Positions 18,751 through 29,348 of a DNA stretch of 64,000 nt are shown here, piece after piece. The notes below the pieces were generated by a model that was not told the origin of the DNA, made no database searches, and saw only the letters and a list, made by a program, of their open reading frames with translations. Origin of the DNA: an uncultured Actinomycetes bacterium. GTDB lineage: Bacteria; Actinomycetota; Thermoleophilia; RBG-16-64-13. The number at the start of each line of letters is the position of its first letter. The first letter of the stretch is position 1. Position numbers and translations under genes: made by a program. The stretch spans positions 129,604-193,603 of the forward strand of contig CAWFCN010000001.1 in NCBI GenBank assembly GCA_963814415.1, in the 5' to 3' direction.

Positions 18751-20295
18751 ATGGGAGTCTCGTCTACATGGGGGTTCGCGGTCGTGGGGGTAGAGGCGGT
18801 CCCGGTAAGGGTGGAAGCTCATGCAAGGAACGGATTGCCAGGAGTCACTATCGTTGGTCTCCCGGGTGCCGCGGTGCGCGAAGCGCGCGAACGCATCCGC
18901 TCGGCAGCTGCCTCGAGCGGCATGCCCTTGCCGACCCGCCGCATCACAGTGAACCTCAGTCCCGGCGATATCCCCAAAGACGGCCCAGGTTTCGACTTGC
19001 CGGTGGCCCTGGCCACTCTCGCTGCCTGTGGCTGTCTGCCGCGAGAGCGGCTGTCACGGGTCGGTGCAGTCGGCGAGCTATCGTTGGAGGGAGCTGTACG
19101 CCCGGCGCGGGGCGTACTCTCCGCTTCCGAGACTGCCAGTAAGGCGGGGATGTCGCTCTTGATCGTGGCGGTGGAGGCGCTCCCCGCTGCCAAGTTGGTC
19201 AGTCGCATGCCGGTGGCGGGGGTGCGGTCGCTTGCGGAAGCAGTGCTGGTCCTCACGGGTGGGAGGTCCCGAGAGCAGATCATAGAGCGGGGCGAGAGGT
19301 GGCTGCGGCTGCGCCAGGCCCGGGCGCCTTTGCAGGGGGAGGACTTGCCCGACTTGGCCGAGGTTTACGGGCACTTTCAGGCCAAGCGTGCCCTGGAGAT
19401 CGCGGCAGCCGGAGAGCACCATCTACTGATGGTCGGTGCGCCTGGGTCGGGCAAGACCATGCTGGCCCGCAGACTCGCGGGCATCCTGCCGCCGCTCAGC
19501 AACGAGGAGGCCGTGGACGTCACGCGTGTGTGGAGCGCCGCGGGCCTGAGGGATGTGAACGCTGGGTTGGCCATAGGTCGGCCCTTTCGGTCGCCTCATC
19601 ACTCGGCCTCGCGTACAGCTCTTGTGGGAGGGGGCGCGGCGGTGCGGCCGGGAGAGGTGAGCCTGGCTCACAGGGGAGTGCTGTTCTTGGACGAACTGCC
19701 GGAGTTCTCACGAGACGCGCTGGAAGCCCTCAGGCAGCCGATGGAGGAGGGGAGAGTGATCATATCTCGCGGCACGGGGAGTTCGGTATTCCCGGCGGCC
19801 TGTACGGTGATCGGAGCCATGAACCCGTGTCCGTGCGGGTATCGGGGTCACCAGCGCCGCGTATGCGTTTGCTCAGTGGCGGGCATTCAAAGATACCGCT
19901 CGCGGGTGAGCGGGCCGCTATTGGACCGCGTGGACGCTCTGATTGAAGTCCCCCCACTCACTCTTGCAGAGCTGGACGCGGCCGGCAGCGGGGAACCTTC
20001 CGCGGCCGTGGCAGCGAGGGTCAAAGCGGCTCGGGATTTCGCGGCTCATCGGAACGCCGCACGAAGCACACCGGGGGTACCTTCACTTGAGGAGCGGCTT
20101 GGCCTGACTCCTGGCGCCTGCGATCTTGTCAGGCATGCCCTCAGTAGCGATTGCCTGGGCGGTCGCGGCTACGCTCGGGTGGTGCGTCTGGCGAGGACTA
20201 TCGCTGACCTGGACAACCTTGAGAAAGTAGGCCCCGAGCACGTGGCGGAAGCTCTGTCGCTTCGTCTCGACCGGCGACGCCTAGAGGTGTTGTGA
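18751..20295 (+). CDS. comM: YifB/ComM-family Mg-chelatase-like AAA+ ATPase
   Basis: An N-terminal Lon-like domain is followed by an AAA+ module (Walker A MVGAPGSGKTMLA, Walker B VLFLDELPEF) and a C-terminal ChlI-like domain. Confidence 0.9.
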   Translation: MGVSSTWGFAVVGVEAVPVRVEAHARNGLPGVTIVGLPGAAVREARERIRSAAASSGMPLPTRRITVNLSPGDIPKDGPGFDLPVALATLAACGCLPRERLSRVGAVGELSLEGAVRPARGVLSASETASKAGMSLLIVAVEALPAAKLVSRMPVAGVRSLAEAVLVLTGGRSREQIIERGERWLRLRQARAPLQGEDLPDLAEVYGHFQAKRALEIAAAGEHHLLMVGAPGSGKTMLARRLAGILPPLSNEEAVDVTRVWSAAGLRDVNAGLAIGRPFRSPHHSASRTALVGGGAAVRPGEVSLAHRGVLFLDELPEFSRDALEALRQPMEEGRVIISRGTGSSVFPAACTVIGAMNPCPCGYRGHQRRVCVCSVAGIQRYRSRVSGPLLDRVDALIEVPPLTLAELDAAGSGEPSAAVAARVKAARDFAAHRNAARSTPGVPSLEERLGLTPGACDLVRHALSSDCLGGRGYARVVRLARTIADLDNLEKVGPEHVAEALSLRLDRRRLEVL

Positions 20296-21455
20296 CGTCC
20301 TGGTCTGGAAATGCAGGTGAGGAGTACACCTGCGCCCTTGGCCTGGCTTGGCAGGGGCTGACGGGCAGCGTCGCCTTACTGAAACGGTTGAAAGAGGCCG
20401 GGGTGCAGGGCGTGTGGAGCGCGTCGCAGAAGGAACTCGTGGCGTGGGGTCTGGCAGGGCAGGCCTTGGACGCCTTTCTAGCGGATCGCCAGGGTTTTGA
20501 CAGCGCCGAAGCGCAGGCGATCCTGGAGCGCACAGGCCAATGCTTTGTTGGCTACGGGTCCCCTTCGTATCCGCATGCGCTCTACCAGTTGGAGTCCCCG
20601 CCTGCAGGTCTCTTCTTACGTGGGCCCTTGGAGATCATGGAGCGTCTGATGCAGATGCCTCGTATGACCGTAGTGGGGACGCGGGGGGCGACGGCAGAGG
20701 GGATAGAGGCCACCAAGAGCTTTGCTGCAGCACTGGCCGAACGAGGCATAGGGGTGCTTAGTGGCATGGCGCTTGGCATAGACGGGCAGGCACACGAGGC
20801 AGCGCTACAGGCGCGGGGCATCACGGTGGCGGTCTTGGGCTGCGGCGCCGACTTCATCTACCCTCCTCGGCACAGGTGGCTGTACGAGAGGATCTTAGAT
20901 ACGGGGATCGTACTCAGCGAGTTGCCCCCAGGGTGTCGCCCCACCAAGTGGACCTTTCCGCACCGCAACAGATTGCTCGCCGCTCTGGCGGACGGAGTGC
21001 TCGTGGTGGAAGGCAGCAACACAAGCGGCGCTTTGCAGACCGCGAGGTGGGCCCTGGAGCTGGGCCGGGCGGTCTACTGCGTCCCCGGGTCCATCTTCAG
21101 GCAATCTAGTGAGGGCTGCAACTCCCTGATCTACGACGGCGCCACCCCGGCTTTGCGGGCGGACGTTCTGGTGGAGGATTTCCTCTCGGATACCAGAATG
21201 CAGAGAGGTGGACGTGGACCCGCTGAGCCCATGCGGCCGGCGGCGGGCGAGCAGATGCAGCTAGACGGGATGGCTGGAACCGGGGACGCTGATAGCATCG
21301 TGCTGAAGGCGCTCGGCGGCGGACCTCGTTCGGTCGATGGGCTGGTGTCGCTCACGGGGTTGGCTGTGAGAGAGGTGAGCGCTACCTTGGGCCGGTTGGA
21401 GATGCGGGGGGCGGTGGCCCGAGCGGGACCTGGTCTGTTCCTACGAAGTGGGTAG
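20292..21455 (+). CDS. dprA: DNA processing protein DprA
   Basis: The Rossmann-like DprA domain (TVVGTRGATAEGIEATKSFAAALAERGIGVLSGMALGIDGQAH) is present. The GTG start overlaps the comM stop. Confidence 0.9.
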   Translation: MTSWSGNAGEEYTCALGLAWQGLTGSVALLKRLKEAGVQGVWSASQKELVAWGLAGQALDAFLADRQGFDSAEAQAILERTGQCFVGYGSPSYPHALYQLESPPAGLFLRGPLEIMERLMQMPRMTVVGTRGATAEGIEATKSFAAALAERGIGVLSGMALGIDGQAHEAALQARGITVAVLGCGADFIYPPRHRWLYERILDTGIVLSELPPGCRPTKWTFPHRNRLLAALADGVLVVEGSNTSGALQTARWALELGRAVYCVPGSIFRQSSEGCNSLIYDGATPALRADVLVEDFLSDTRMQRGGRGPAEPMRPAAGEQMQLDGMAGTGDADSIVLKALGGGPRSVDGLVSLTGLAVREVSATLGRLEMRGAVARAGPGLFLRSG

Positions 21456-21482
21456 GACGACGTAGATAGCAAAGGGAGGACG

Positions 21483-22499
21483 ATGCAGACCGATACTGGA
21501 GAGGCGTCGCCTCTTCTGGGCACAGACCCCGAGATGGCCATCGCAGCCTTCCTGAAGGGGCTCGTGGCGGCTGACTACAGCCCAAGAACGGTCAAAGCGG
21601 CAGCGTCTGATCTTCGCCAATTCGCCTGCTTTCTAGATCAACACGGCCTGCGTGGTCTTGACGGTCTTGAGCGGGGCGACTTGGTGGAGTACGTGACCTG
21701 GCTGGCGGAACCCCCAGCCGAACCTCCGGCGGTGAGTGAGGCGACTGCCGCCTCTATGGAGGCGTCGCGGGAAGAGCCGGGTGGTACCGCGAAGAAGCCC
21801 TGCGCCCGAAGCACCATAGCGAGAAAGCTGTCGGTGGTGCGTACCTTCCTGAGGTTCTGCGAGGAGGAGGGACTACTTCTTGCCAGCCCCGCGGTGGGAG
21901 TGAGCTCTCCCAAGTTGCCGCGCCGCTTGCCTCAGGTACTTACTGCTGAGCAAGTGGATGGACTGCTCGAATCCATCGAAGCCTCAAACGCACTAGAGAT
22001 GCGAGATAGGGCGCTTTTCGAGTTGATATACTCGTCAGGCCTTCGTTGTCAGGAAGCATTGGATCTGCAAGTACGAGACATCAGCTTCAGCTCCCGTGAG
22101 GTCCGGGCGAAGGGCAAAGGGAGAAAGGTGCGAGTGGTTCCCGTGGGTGCGCTGGCTCTGGGTGCGCTTGAGCGCTATCTGCGAGAAGGGCGGACTCAAT
22201 TGGTCGCGAATGGGGCGCAAGAGGAACACGTGTTCCTGAGCCGGACCGGGCGGCCCTTGTCGTCTTCGGACGTACAAAGGAGGCTGGCTCGCTATCTGGC
22301 GCAGGCCGGCGTTCCTGCTGGTACTTCACCGCATACTCTGCGGCACTCCTTTGCCACACACCTACTTGAGGGGGGCGCTGATCTGCGCTCCATCCAAGAG
22401 TTGCTCGGGCACTCCTCTCTGCGGACGACTCAGGTCTACGCTCATGTATCGGCAGCTCACCTGCGTAGGGCCTATCGCCGGGCTCATCCGCGTGCCTAG
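21483..22499 (+). CDS. xerC: Tyrosine recombinase XerC/XerD family
   Basis: C-terminal catalytic motifs are present (RHSFATHLLEGGADLRSIQELLGHSSLRTTQVYAHV). It has the xerC position after dprA, as in actinobacteria. A strong AAGGGAGG RBS is present. Confidence 0.85.
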   Translation: MQTDTGEASPLLGTDPEMAIAAFLKGLVAADYSPRTVKAAASDLRQFACFLDQHGLRGLDGLERGDLVEYVTWLAEPPAEPPAVSEATAASMEASREEPGGTAKKPCARSTIARKLSVVRTFLRFCEEEGLLLASPAVGVSSPKLPRRLPQVLTAEQVDGLLESIEASNALEMRDRALFELIYSSGLRCQEALDLQVRDISFSSREVRAKGKGRKVRVVPVGALALGALERYLREGRTQLVANGAQEEHVFLSRTGRPLSSSDVQRRLARYLAQAGVPAGTSPHTLRHSFATHLLEGGADLRSIQELLGHSSLRTTQVYAHVSAAHLRRAYRRAHPRA

Positions 22500-22511
22500 A
22501 AAGACGGCAGC

Positions 22512-23312
22512 ATGATCCGTGACGCAACCAAACAGAGCGAACTGCAAGAGGCCTGGCACCTTTTCAAGGAGCAGAAAGACCCCAAGGCGCGCGACCGTCT
22601 GATCCTGGCGTACTCTCCCTTGGTGAAGTATGTGGCCGGCCGCATGAGCAGTGGCCTTCCGGCTCACATCGAAGAGGGAGACCTGGTTTCGTACGGGCTT
22701 CTGGGTCTCATAGGCGCATTGGAGCGCTTTGACCTATCGCGCAACATAAAGTTCGAGACCTATGCCGTATCTCGCATCAAGGGTGCCATCATCGACGAGT
22801 TGCGGGCGCTGGACTGGGTACCCCGGTCGGTGAGGAGTTGGGCCCGCAAAGTGGAGGCTGCGGTAACCCAGTTGGAGAACGAGCTTTCGCGGGCGCCGTC
22901 CGACGATGAGACTGCTGAGCGCTTGGGCATACGCGTAGATGAGTACCAGGACGTGCTCAACCAGATAAGTTGTGCGTCGGTCGTGGCTCTGGACGAGTTC
23001 TGGGATTCTTCGGGGCCGGGGCAGGACAAGATCAACCTGATCGACACGATCGAGGATACCGACGCTCCCGATCCATCGCGGGCCTACCGAGTAAGAGTCA
23101 TCAGAGAGACTCTTGCTTCCGCCATAGAGCGGCTGCCCGAGCGGGAGCGGATCGTCATAGGGCTCTACTACTACGAAGGCCTTACCCTTAAAGAGATCGG
23201 CGAGGTGCTGGGGGTCACAGAGTCCCGGGTATCACAGCTGCACACCAAAGCCGTGCTTCGTCTGCGTGGACGCATCAAAGAGGACCTCGACCTGGAGGCC
23301 TTGGCGCTCTGA
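22512..23312 (+). CDS. whiG: Sigma-28 family sigma factor (WhiG/FliA/SigD type)
   Basis: Regions 2, 3 and 4 are typical of the FliA/WhiG family (LVKYVAGRMSS..., YAVSRIKGAIIDELR, ERERIVIGLYYYEGLTLKEIGEVLGVTESRVSQLH). Its position upstream of rpsB-tsf-pyrH-frr matches Streptomyces whiG and Bacillus sigD. Confidence 0.8.
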   Translation: MIRDATKQSELQEAWHLFKEQKDPKARDRLILAYSPLVKYVAGRMSSGLPAHIEEGDLVSYGLLGLIGALERFDLSRNIKFETYAVSRIKGAIIDELRALDWVPRSVRSWARKVEAAVTQLENELSRAPSDDETAERLGIRVDEYQDVLNQISCASVVALDEFWDSSGPGQDKINLIDTIEDTDAPDPSRAYRVRVIRETLASAIERLPERERIVIGLYYYEGLTLKEIGEVLGVTESRVSQLHTKAVLRLRGRIKEDLDLEALAL

Positions 23313-23463
23313 GAGGCTGCCGGGCTGGGTCGCTCGACCCTTGTGGTAAACTGCAACGGGTCTGCAATCTACCCTGAAGTACCCCACGGCGGTGGTGCCG
23401 GCCTACCGGTTCCGGCGTGGCCTTCAGAGGGCCAGCACAAAAGAAAACCATAGTGAGGTAAGC

Positions 23464-24498
23464 ATGCCTGCGGCTTCAATGAAGCAGCTCCTGGAATCAG
23501 GAGTGCACTTCGGTCATCAGACCCGTCGTTGGAACCCCAAGATGAAGCCCTATATCTTCACGGAACGGGGCGGCATCCACATCATCGACCTTCAGCAGAC
23601 CACAGTCCTCCTGGACCGCGCCTATGAGTTCGTGCGCAATATCGCCAGCCGAGGCGGAACCGTGCTGTTCGTGGGCACCAAGAAGCAGTGCCAAGACGCG
23701 ATAGCCGAAGAGGCGGACCGCGTGGGTATGCCCTATGTGTCCCACCGTTGGCTGGGCGGACTGCTGACCAATTTCGCCACCATCGACAACCGGATCAAGC
23801 GCATGCACGAACTCCGGGGCCTCAAAGAAGACGGCCGACTGGGTCTGCTTCCCACCAAGGAGCGGATGACCATGGAGCGCGAGCTTGAGAAGCTCGAGAT
23901 CAACCTTGGTGGTGTGAGCATCATGACGCGTCTTCCCGACGCCGTGTTCGTGGCCGATCCCAAGCGCGAAGCTATAGCGACCAAAGAAGTCAACAAGCTG
24001 GGCCTGCCCCTCATAGGCCTTTGCGACACGAACTGCGACCCAGACGAGGTCGAGTACATCATCCCCGGTAATGACGACGCCATCCGTTCGTGCAGCCTCA
24101 TCGTCAAGACCCTTGCTCGTGCTGTCGAGGAGGGTCGAGCGAAGATGCAGGTGGCTGAGTTCTATGCCAGCGACGCCGCCGGCCCGGGGCATGCGGGTGG
24201 GCACACGGGTAGAGGCCCGAGCGAAGGCGAGGGCGACGAGCGCGGTCGCGGTGGTTACCGGCAAGGTGGCGCCGGTGGTGGTCGGAGCGACAACCGCTAC
24301 GGTGGTGGCGCCCGCTCGGGCGGCGCCAGTCGGGGTCCCGCACGCGACGACGCCGGGGCGCGGCGCATGCCGGCTCGCCGGCCGACCGCGCCTGCGCCTG
24401 CTGCGGCTGCCGAGGCGGCTCCTGCCGACGAAGCTCCGCCGATCGAACCTACGGTGCCGGCGGCCGACGGTGGCGCTGAAGGCGGCTCCGAAGCCTAG
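23464..24498 (+). CDS. rpsB: 30S ribosomal protein S2 with ~110-aa Gly/Arg/Ala/Pro-rich C-terminal tail
   Basis: [27 protein letters not shown] begins the S2 core (~235 aa). A low-complexity RGG-type tail follows. A GAGGT RBS lies before ATG 23464. Confidence 0.95.
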   Translation: MPAASMKQLLESGVHFGHQTRRWNPKMKPYIFTERGGIHIIDLQQTTVLLDRAYEFVRNIASRGGTVLFVGTKKQCQDAIAEEADRVGMPYVSHRWLGGLLTNFATIDNRIKRMHELRGLKEDGRLGLLPTKERMTMERELEKLEINLGGVSIMTRLPDAVFVADPKREAIATKEVNKLGLPLIGLCDTNCDPDEVEYIIPGNDDAIRSCSLIVKTLARAVEEGRAKMQVAEFYASDAAGPGHAGGHTGRGPSEGEGDERGRGGYRQGGAGGGRSDNRYGGGARSGGASRGPARDDAGARRMPARRPTAPAPAAAAEAAPADEAPPIEPTVPAADGGAEGGSEA

Positions 24499-24587
24499 AG
24501 GAGGGGCGGCTGTCGCGGCCGCCAGTGGTCCTCCGACGGTGGACCTGTGGATGAACCGAAATTGTTATCGCGTCTCGATGGAGGCTA

Positions 24588-25193
24588 GTGATGGATATCG
24601 ATGCTGGAGTAGTCAAGAAGTTGCGTGAGGCCTGCGGCGCCGGCATGATGGACTGCAAGATGGCGCTGGTAGAGGCCAAAGGCGACATGGAGGAGGCCCT
24701 GAAGCTGCTGCGCAAGAAGGGCATGGCTTCGGCGGACAAGAAGGCGTCGCGCGCGGCGAACGAAGGGATGATCGACTGCTACATCCATCCTGGCTCCAAA
24801 GTGGGTGTCATGATAGAGGTCAACTGCGAGACCGACTTCGTGGCGCGCAACGAGGAGTTCAAGGCTTTTGTCCATGACGTGGCCATGCATATCGCGGCCG
24901 CTACCCCGACCTGGGTGTCGCGGGACGATATTCCTCAGGACATCGTGAACGGCGAACTGGAGATATACGCGGCGCAGGCCAAGGCTTCCGGCAAGGCTGA
25001 CGCTGTTGTGCAGAAGATCGCAGAAGGTAAACTGGCCAAGTGGTATACCGATGTTGCGCTTCTCGAGCAGGAGTTCGTCAAGGATCCGGAGAAGACCATC
25101 GATACGCTGAGGCGTGAACTGGTGGGCAAGATCGGCGAGAACATCGAGATCAGAAGGTTTGCGCGGTTCCGCGTGGGCGACGAGGTGGCCTAA
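24588..25193 (+). CDS. tsf: Elongation factor Ts (short form)
   Basis: The UBA-like N-terminus (VKKLREACGAGMMDCKMALVEAKGDMEEALKLLRKKG) and a dimerisation domain are present. Length is ~200 aa. Confidence 0.9.
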   Translation: MMDIDAGVVKKLREACGAGMMDCKMALVEAKGDMEEALKLLRKKGMASADKKASRAANEGMIDCYIHPGSKVGVMIEVNCETDFVARNEEFKAFVHDVAMHIAAATPTWVSRDDIPQDIVNGELEIYAAQAKASGKADAVVQKIAEGKLAKWYTDVALLEQEFVKDPEKTIDTLRRELVGKIGENIEIRRFARFRVGDEVA

Positions 25194-25262
25194 AGGTCTT
25201 TCCGTGTTCAACAACGCTCGGGGCGGGGGGCACGTCCAGGGTGAGGGCTTAAGCGAGGCGAG

Positions 25263-25988
25263 ATGACCCAGGAATCGAAGTACAGAAGGGTTCTGGTAAA
25301 GCTAAGCGGCGAAGCCCTCATGGGAGGCCTCAAGTACGGCATTGACCCCGACAAGCTGGGCGCGATCTCGCAAGAGATAGGGCACGTGGTATCGAGCGGC
25401 ACCGAGGTGGCCATCGTAGTGGGGGGCGGAAACATCTTCCGTGGCGTCTCGGGAGCATCTCAGGGGATAGACCGGGCTACGGCCGACTACATGGGCATGC
25501 TCGCGACCGTGATGAACGCGATGGCGTTGTTGGATGCTCTACGTAAGCTGGCCGTCGATTCGCGCGTTCTCTCGGCGATCAGCATGCAAGAAGTCTGTGA
25601 GCCCTACATACGCGGCAGGGCCATACGACATCTGGAAAAGGGCCGTGTGGTGATCTTCGCGGCGGGCACGGGTAACCCGTTCTTCAGCACCGATACCGCC
25701 GCTGCTTTGCGTGCGCTTGAGATCGGAGCCGACTGTCTCCTTATGGCCAAGAAGAAGTTCGACGGCGTGTACGACGCCGACCCGGAGACCCACCCCGATG
25801 CGAAGTTGATCGAAGAGATCACTCATAGGGAAGCTCTGGAGAGGGGATTGCGCGTCATGGATTCGACCGCGTTGTCACTCTGCATGGACAATGGTCTCCC
25901 CATCCTGGTGTTCAACATGAGTGTCCCGGAGAACATCCGGCGCGTTCTGAGGGGCGAACGGATAGGCACTAGAGTCATCTGCGAGTGA
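25263..25988 (+). CDS. pyrH: UMP kinase
   Basis: [11 protein letters not shown] and GGGNIFRG are present, with the amino acid kinase fold. Confidence 0.95.
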   Translation: MTQESKYRRVLVKLSGEALMGGLKYGIDPDKLGAISQEIGHVVSSGTEVAIVVGGGNIFRGVSGASQGIDRATADYMGMLATVMNAMALLDALRKLAVDSRVLSAISMQEVCEPYIRGRAIRHLEKGRVVIFAAGTGNPFFSTDTAAALRALEIGADCLLMAKKKFDGVYDADPETHPDAKLIEEITHREALERGLRVMDSTALSLCMDNGLPILVFNMSVPENIRRVLRGERIGTRVICE

Positions 25989-26007
25989 AGGTTCAGAGGG
26001 AGGCCTG

Positions 26008-26565
26008 ATGATCCGCGAGTTGATAGCCGACGGAAAACGGCGCATGGAGAGCTCGGTGGAGGCTCTGCGCCACGAGTTCAACGCAGTACGCACTGGCCGG
26101 GCATCCACGGGACTGCTGGACCGTGTCCACGTGGACTACTACGGGGCCAAGACCCCCCTCAAACAACTGGCTAACGTCGCTACGCCCGATGCTCGCACCA
26201 TATCTATCACCGTCTATGACAAAGCTGCGGTCAGCTCGGTGGTCAGAGCCATCCAGGAATCCGACCTAGCCTTGACTCCAAACACCGACGGCAACATCGT
26301 GCGTCTGAGCATCCCGGCGCTGACCTCCGAGCGGCGGCAGGAGTTGGTGAAGATCGTCAAGAGTATGGCCGAAGATAGCAGAGTGGCCGTTCGCAACGTG
26401 CGTCGGGATATCATGGCCGACCTCAAGGACCTCAAGAAGGAGGGGGAGGTCTCAGAGGACGACGAGCATCGGGCCGAGGAAGAGGTCCAGAAGCTCACAG
26501 ATAGTTTCATCGAGAAGATCAACGAAGTAGCGCATCACAAGGAAGAGGAGATCCTCGAGGTCTGA
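26008..26565 (+). CDS. frr: Ribosome recycling factor
   Basis: The typical RRF sequence is seen throughout the 185 aa. Confidence 0.95.
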   Translation: MIRELIADGKRRMESSVEALRHEFNAVRTGRASTGLLDRVHVDYYGAKTPLKQLANVATPDARTISITVYDKAAVSSVVRAIQESDLALTPNTDGNIVRLSIPALTSERRQELVKIVKSMAEDSRVAVRNVRRDIMADLKDLKKEGEVSEDDEHRAEEEVQKLTDSFIEKINEVAHHKEEEILEV

Positions 26566-26566
26566 C

Positions 26567-27352
26567 GTGTTCCCAAAGGGTCGGCTCAGAACATTCTGGC
26601 GCGCGAACAGGGACAACGCTTCTGACCAAGCACAGGCTGGACCAGGAGGAGCGCTCCCTTTTCACGTAGCCATCATCATGGACGGCAACGGGCGTTGGGC
26701 TCGTCGGCGGGGTCTTCCTGTGGCCGCCGGGCACCGTGCGGGAGTTCAGGCAGTTCGCCGCATCATCGAGGCGGCTCGTGATTCAGGTATCGGCCAGCTG
26801 ACTCTCTATTCGTTTTCCACGGAGAACTGGGGCCGCCCTAGTGAAGAGGTCCAGGGTCTGATGAACCTCCACGCCGAGATGATCGACGCCGAGGTGCCCA
26901 CCCTTCACAAGAACGACTGCCGCGTGTGCTTCGTAGGGAGCCGCAAGGAGTTGAACGCCGCCCTGCTCGAAAGGATGGAGTGGGCAGAGAGTCTGACCGC
27001 GGGAAACAAGCGCATGGTCCTGTTCATCGCCTTCAACTACGGCGGGCGGCAGGAGGTCGTGGAGGCCGTAAGGGCGGCCATCGCCGGGGGAGCTGACCCC
27101 GCCGATCTCACCGAGCATGACATTTCGAGTCACTTGTACTCGCCCATCATGCGGGACCCCGACCTATGCATCCGCACCTCGGGGGAGAAGCGTCTCTCCA
27201 ACTTCCTGCTCTGGCAGTCGGCATATTCTGAACTGCTGTTCTCCGACAAGTTGTGGCCCGATTGGGGCAAAGATGACTTCGACCGTGCCCTGGCCGAGTA
27301 TGCCAGGCGAGAGCGACGCTACGGCGGGCGCGGTGGGGGGTCGCATGCTTAG
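26567..27352 (+). CDS. uppS: Isoprenyl (undecaprenyl) diphosphate synthase, cis-prenyltransferase
   Basis: HVAIIMDGNGRWA and NYGGR are present. There is an N-terminal extension from the GTG start. Confidence 0.9.
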   Translation: MFPKGRLRTFWRANRDNASDQAQAGPGGALPFHVAIIMDGNGRWARRRGLPVAAGHRAGVQAVRRIIEAARDSGIGQLTLYSFSTENWGRPSEEVQGLMNLHAEMIDAEVPTLHKNDCRVCFVGSRKELNAALLERMEWAESLTAGNKRMVLFIAFNYGGRQEVVEAVRAAIAGGADPADLTEHDISSHLYSPIMRDPDLCIRTSGEKRLSNFLLWQSAYSELLFSDKLWPDWGKDDFDRALAEYARRERRYGGRGGGSHA

Positions 27353-28172
27353 ACAGCGACTCCTGGTCGCGGTGATAGGGCTTCCTCTGGGGCTGGCGGC
27401 GATAATCCTCGGGGGGTATTTCCTGTTCGGCTTTGCCTTGGTGCTGGCGCTGCTGGGACTGCATGAGTACTACCAGATGGTGCGCCCCTATCGCCCCAAC
27501 CTACTGGTCGGCTACGCGTCCGGCGCCGCTGTTGTGATCGGCTGTTTCATCTTCGCCAAGTTCCCGAAGCTGGGCTTCTCGGGTCAGGAAGGGATCATGA
27601 TGGGTCTGGCCCTGATGATGGCCATGATCTTCCTGTGGTCTCTCTTAGGGAAGATCGGGGCTCACCTGGTGGGACGCATCGCGCTCACTTCGCTGGGGGT
27701 CATATGGGTGGGAGTCGGCTTCGCCTACATCATGTTGGTGAGGTTCATGAAGTACGGTCTCTCTCTGTCGATCCTGCTGGTGGTGTGTACCGTGATCAAC
27801 GACAGTTTCGCGTACTTTGTAGGTAGGGCCATAGGACGGCACAGGCTGGCACCGCGGGTGTCTCCCAAGAAGACGGTGGAAGGCTCCATCGGGGGGTTGG
27901 TCGGTGCGATGATCGCCGCGTTGGTGGTGAGCATCTACGCTGACTGGGACATGAACAAGGGCCTCGCAGTCGTACTCGGACTGGTCGTCGGAGTAGCGGG
28001 TCAGTTCGGGGACCTCTTCGAGTCCGCGGTCAAGCGCGATTTTCAGGTCAAAGACTCGGGCAAGTTGTTACCCGGGCACGGGGGGATACTGGATCGCTTC
28101 GATGCGTTCTTGTTCGCCGGGATGGCGACGTTCTGGGTCTCGATAGCCCTATTCGGGAACGGCATACGCTGA
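27345..28172 (+). CDS. cdsA: Phosphatidate cytidylyltransferase
   Basis: A multi-TM protein carries the CTP-transferase signature near its C-terminus (SAVKRDFQVKDSGKLLPGHGGILDRFD). The ORF track starts at 27117, but ATG 27345 overlaps the uppS stop (ATGCTTAG). Confidence 0.85.
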   Translation: MLRQRLLVAVIGLPLGLAAIILGGYFLFGFALVLALLGLHEYYQMVRPYRPNLLVGYASGAAVVIGCFIFAKFPKLGFSGQEGIMMGLALMMAMIFLWSLLGKIGAHLVGRIALTSLGVIWVGVGFAYIMLVRFMKYGLSLSILLVVCTVINDSFAYFVGRAIGRHRLAPRVSPKKTVEGSIGGLVGAMIAALVVSIYADWDMNKGLAVVLGLVVGVAGQFGDLFESAVKRDFQVKDSGKLLPGHGGILDRFDAFLFAGMATFWVSIALFGNGIR

Positions 28173-29323
28173 TGAAGCGGGTGATCGTACTCGGTTCCAC
28201 CGGGTCTATCGGCGTCCAGGCGCTGGAGGTCATCGCGGCCTGCGGCGATATGCGCGTGGTCGGCATGTCGTGTGATCGGAACACGTCTCTGTTGGTGAAA
28301 CAGGCGAAAGCCTCCGGTTGCGTCGACGTGGCGGTCGCGGACGAGGCGGCGGCGGAAGTGCTGGCGGTTGGGGCGGAGAAGTTGTCGGTGCGGAGCGGTA
28401 AGGGCGCTGCCGCCCGGCTGGTGCGCGAGGTAGAGGCGGACTTGGTTCTGAACGCCATAGTGGGCTTCGCCGGGCTGGAGTCCACCCTGGCCGCACTGGA
28501 GAGTGGCGCCGTCCTGGCACTGGCCAACAAGGAGAGCCTAGTGTGCGCCGGGTCTCTGGTGAATGGACTGGCCAAGCGGAATGGTGTCTGCATCCTGCCC
28601 GTAGACTCTGAGCACTCGGCTCTCTTTCAGCTTATGAATGCAGCCGGCAGCGCCTCGGTGGAATCGGTGATAGTCACGGGGTCGGGAGGGCCCTTCAGGG
28701 GGTATACCCGTGATCGACTGCGAGCGGTCACCAAAGAGCAGGCGCTGGCGCACCCGACATGGTCTATGGGCGCGAAGATCTCCATCGACTCAGCTACGCT
28801 TATGAACAAAGGGTTGGAGGTCATAGAGGCGCACCATCTGTTCGGGCTGGCCTACGACCGCATCGATGTGGTGCTGCATCCACAGTCGATAGTGCACGCG
28901 TTGGTGCGCATGGTCGACGGAGCGCTGCTTGCGCACATGGGTATGCCCGACATGAAGGTCCCAATAGCTTACGCACTACATCACCCCGACAGGGGCCCCG
29001 TAGATACTCCACGGCTGGCTCTGGAGACCGGCTTGTCCCTGGATTTCGGGCGGCCGGACGAGGACCTGTTCCCGGCTGTTGTTTTGGCGCGCGAGGCCGG
29101 CGCCCGCGGCGACGCCAGTACCTGCGCGCTCAACGCCGCCAATGAGATTGCCGTTCACGCCTTTCTGAGGGGTGAACTGCCGTTCTTGGGTATAAGCGAG
29201 GTGGTGGCCGAGGTTCTGAGGGAGAGTCCCGTCGGCGCCGTGGGAACGTATCAGGAGGCCGTCACCGTCGATGGCTGGGCAAGAGAAGCTGCTCTGCAGG
29301 CGTGCGCGCGACGCGGCGCCTGA
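28172..29323 (+). CDS. dxr: 1-deoxy-D-xylulose 5-phosphate reductoisomerase
   Basis: VLGSTGSIG is the NADPH site. The Dxr signature blocks run throughout. ATG overlaps the cdsA stop (ATGA). Confidence 0.95.
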   Translation: MKRVIVLGSTGSIGVQALEVIAACGDMRVVGMSCDRNTSLLVKQAKASGCVDVAVADEAAAEVLAVGAEKLSVRSGKGAAARLVREVEADLVLNAIVGFAGLESTLAALESGAVLALANKESLVCAGSLVNGLAKRNGVCILPVDSEHSALFQLMNAAGSASVESVIVTGSGGPFRGYTRDRLRAVTKEQALAHPTWSMGAKISIDSATLMNKGLEVIEAHHLFGLAYDRIDVVLHPQSIVHALVRMVDGALLAHMGMPDMKVPIAYALHHPDRGPVDTPRLALETGLSLDFGRPDEDLFPAVVLAREAGARGDASTCALNAANEIAVHAFLRGELPFLGISEVVAEVLRESPVGAVGTYQEAVTVDGWAREAALQACARRGA

Positions 29324-29348
29324 GGCATCAACGAAGGGTCAGTAGTCT

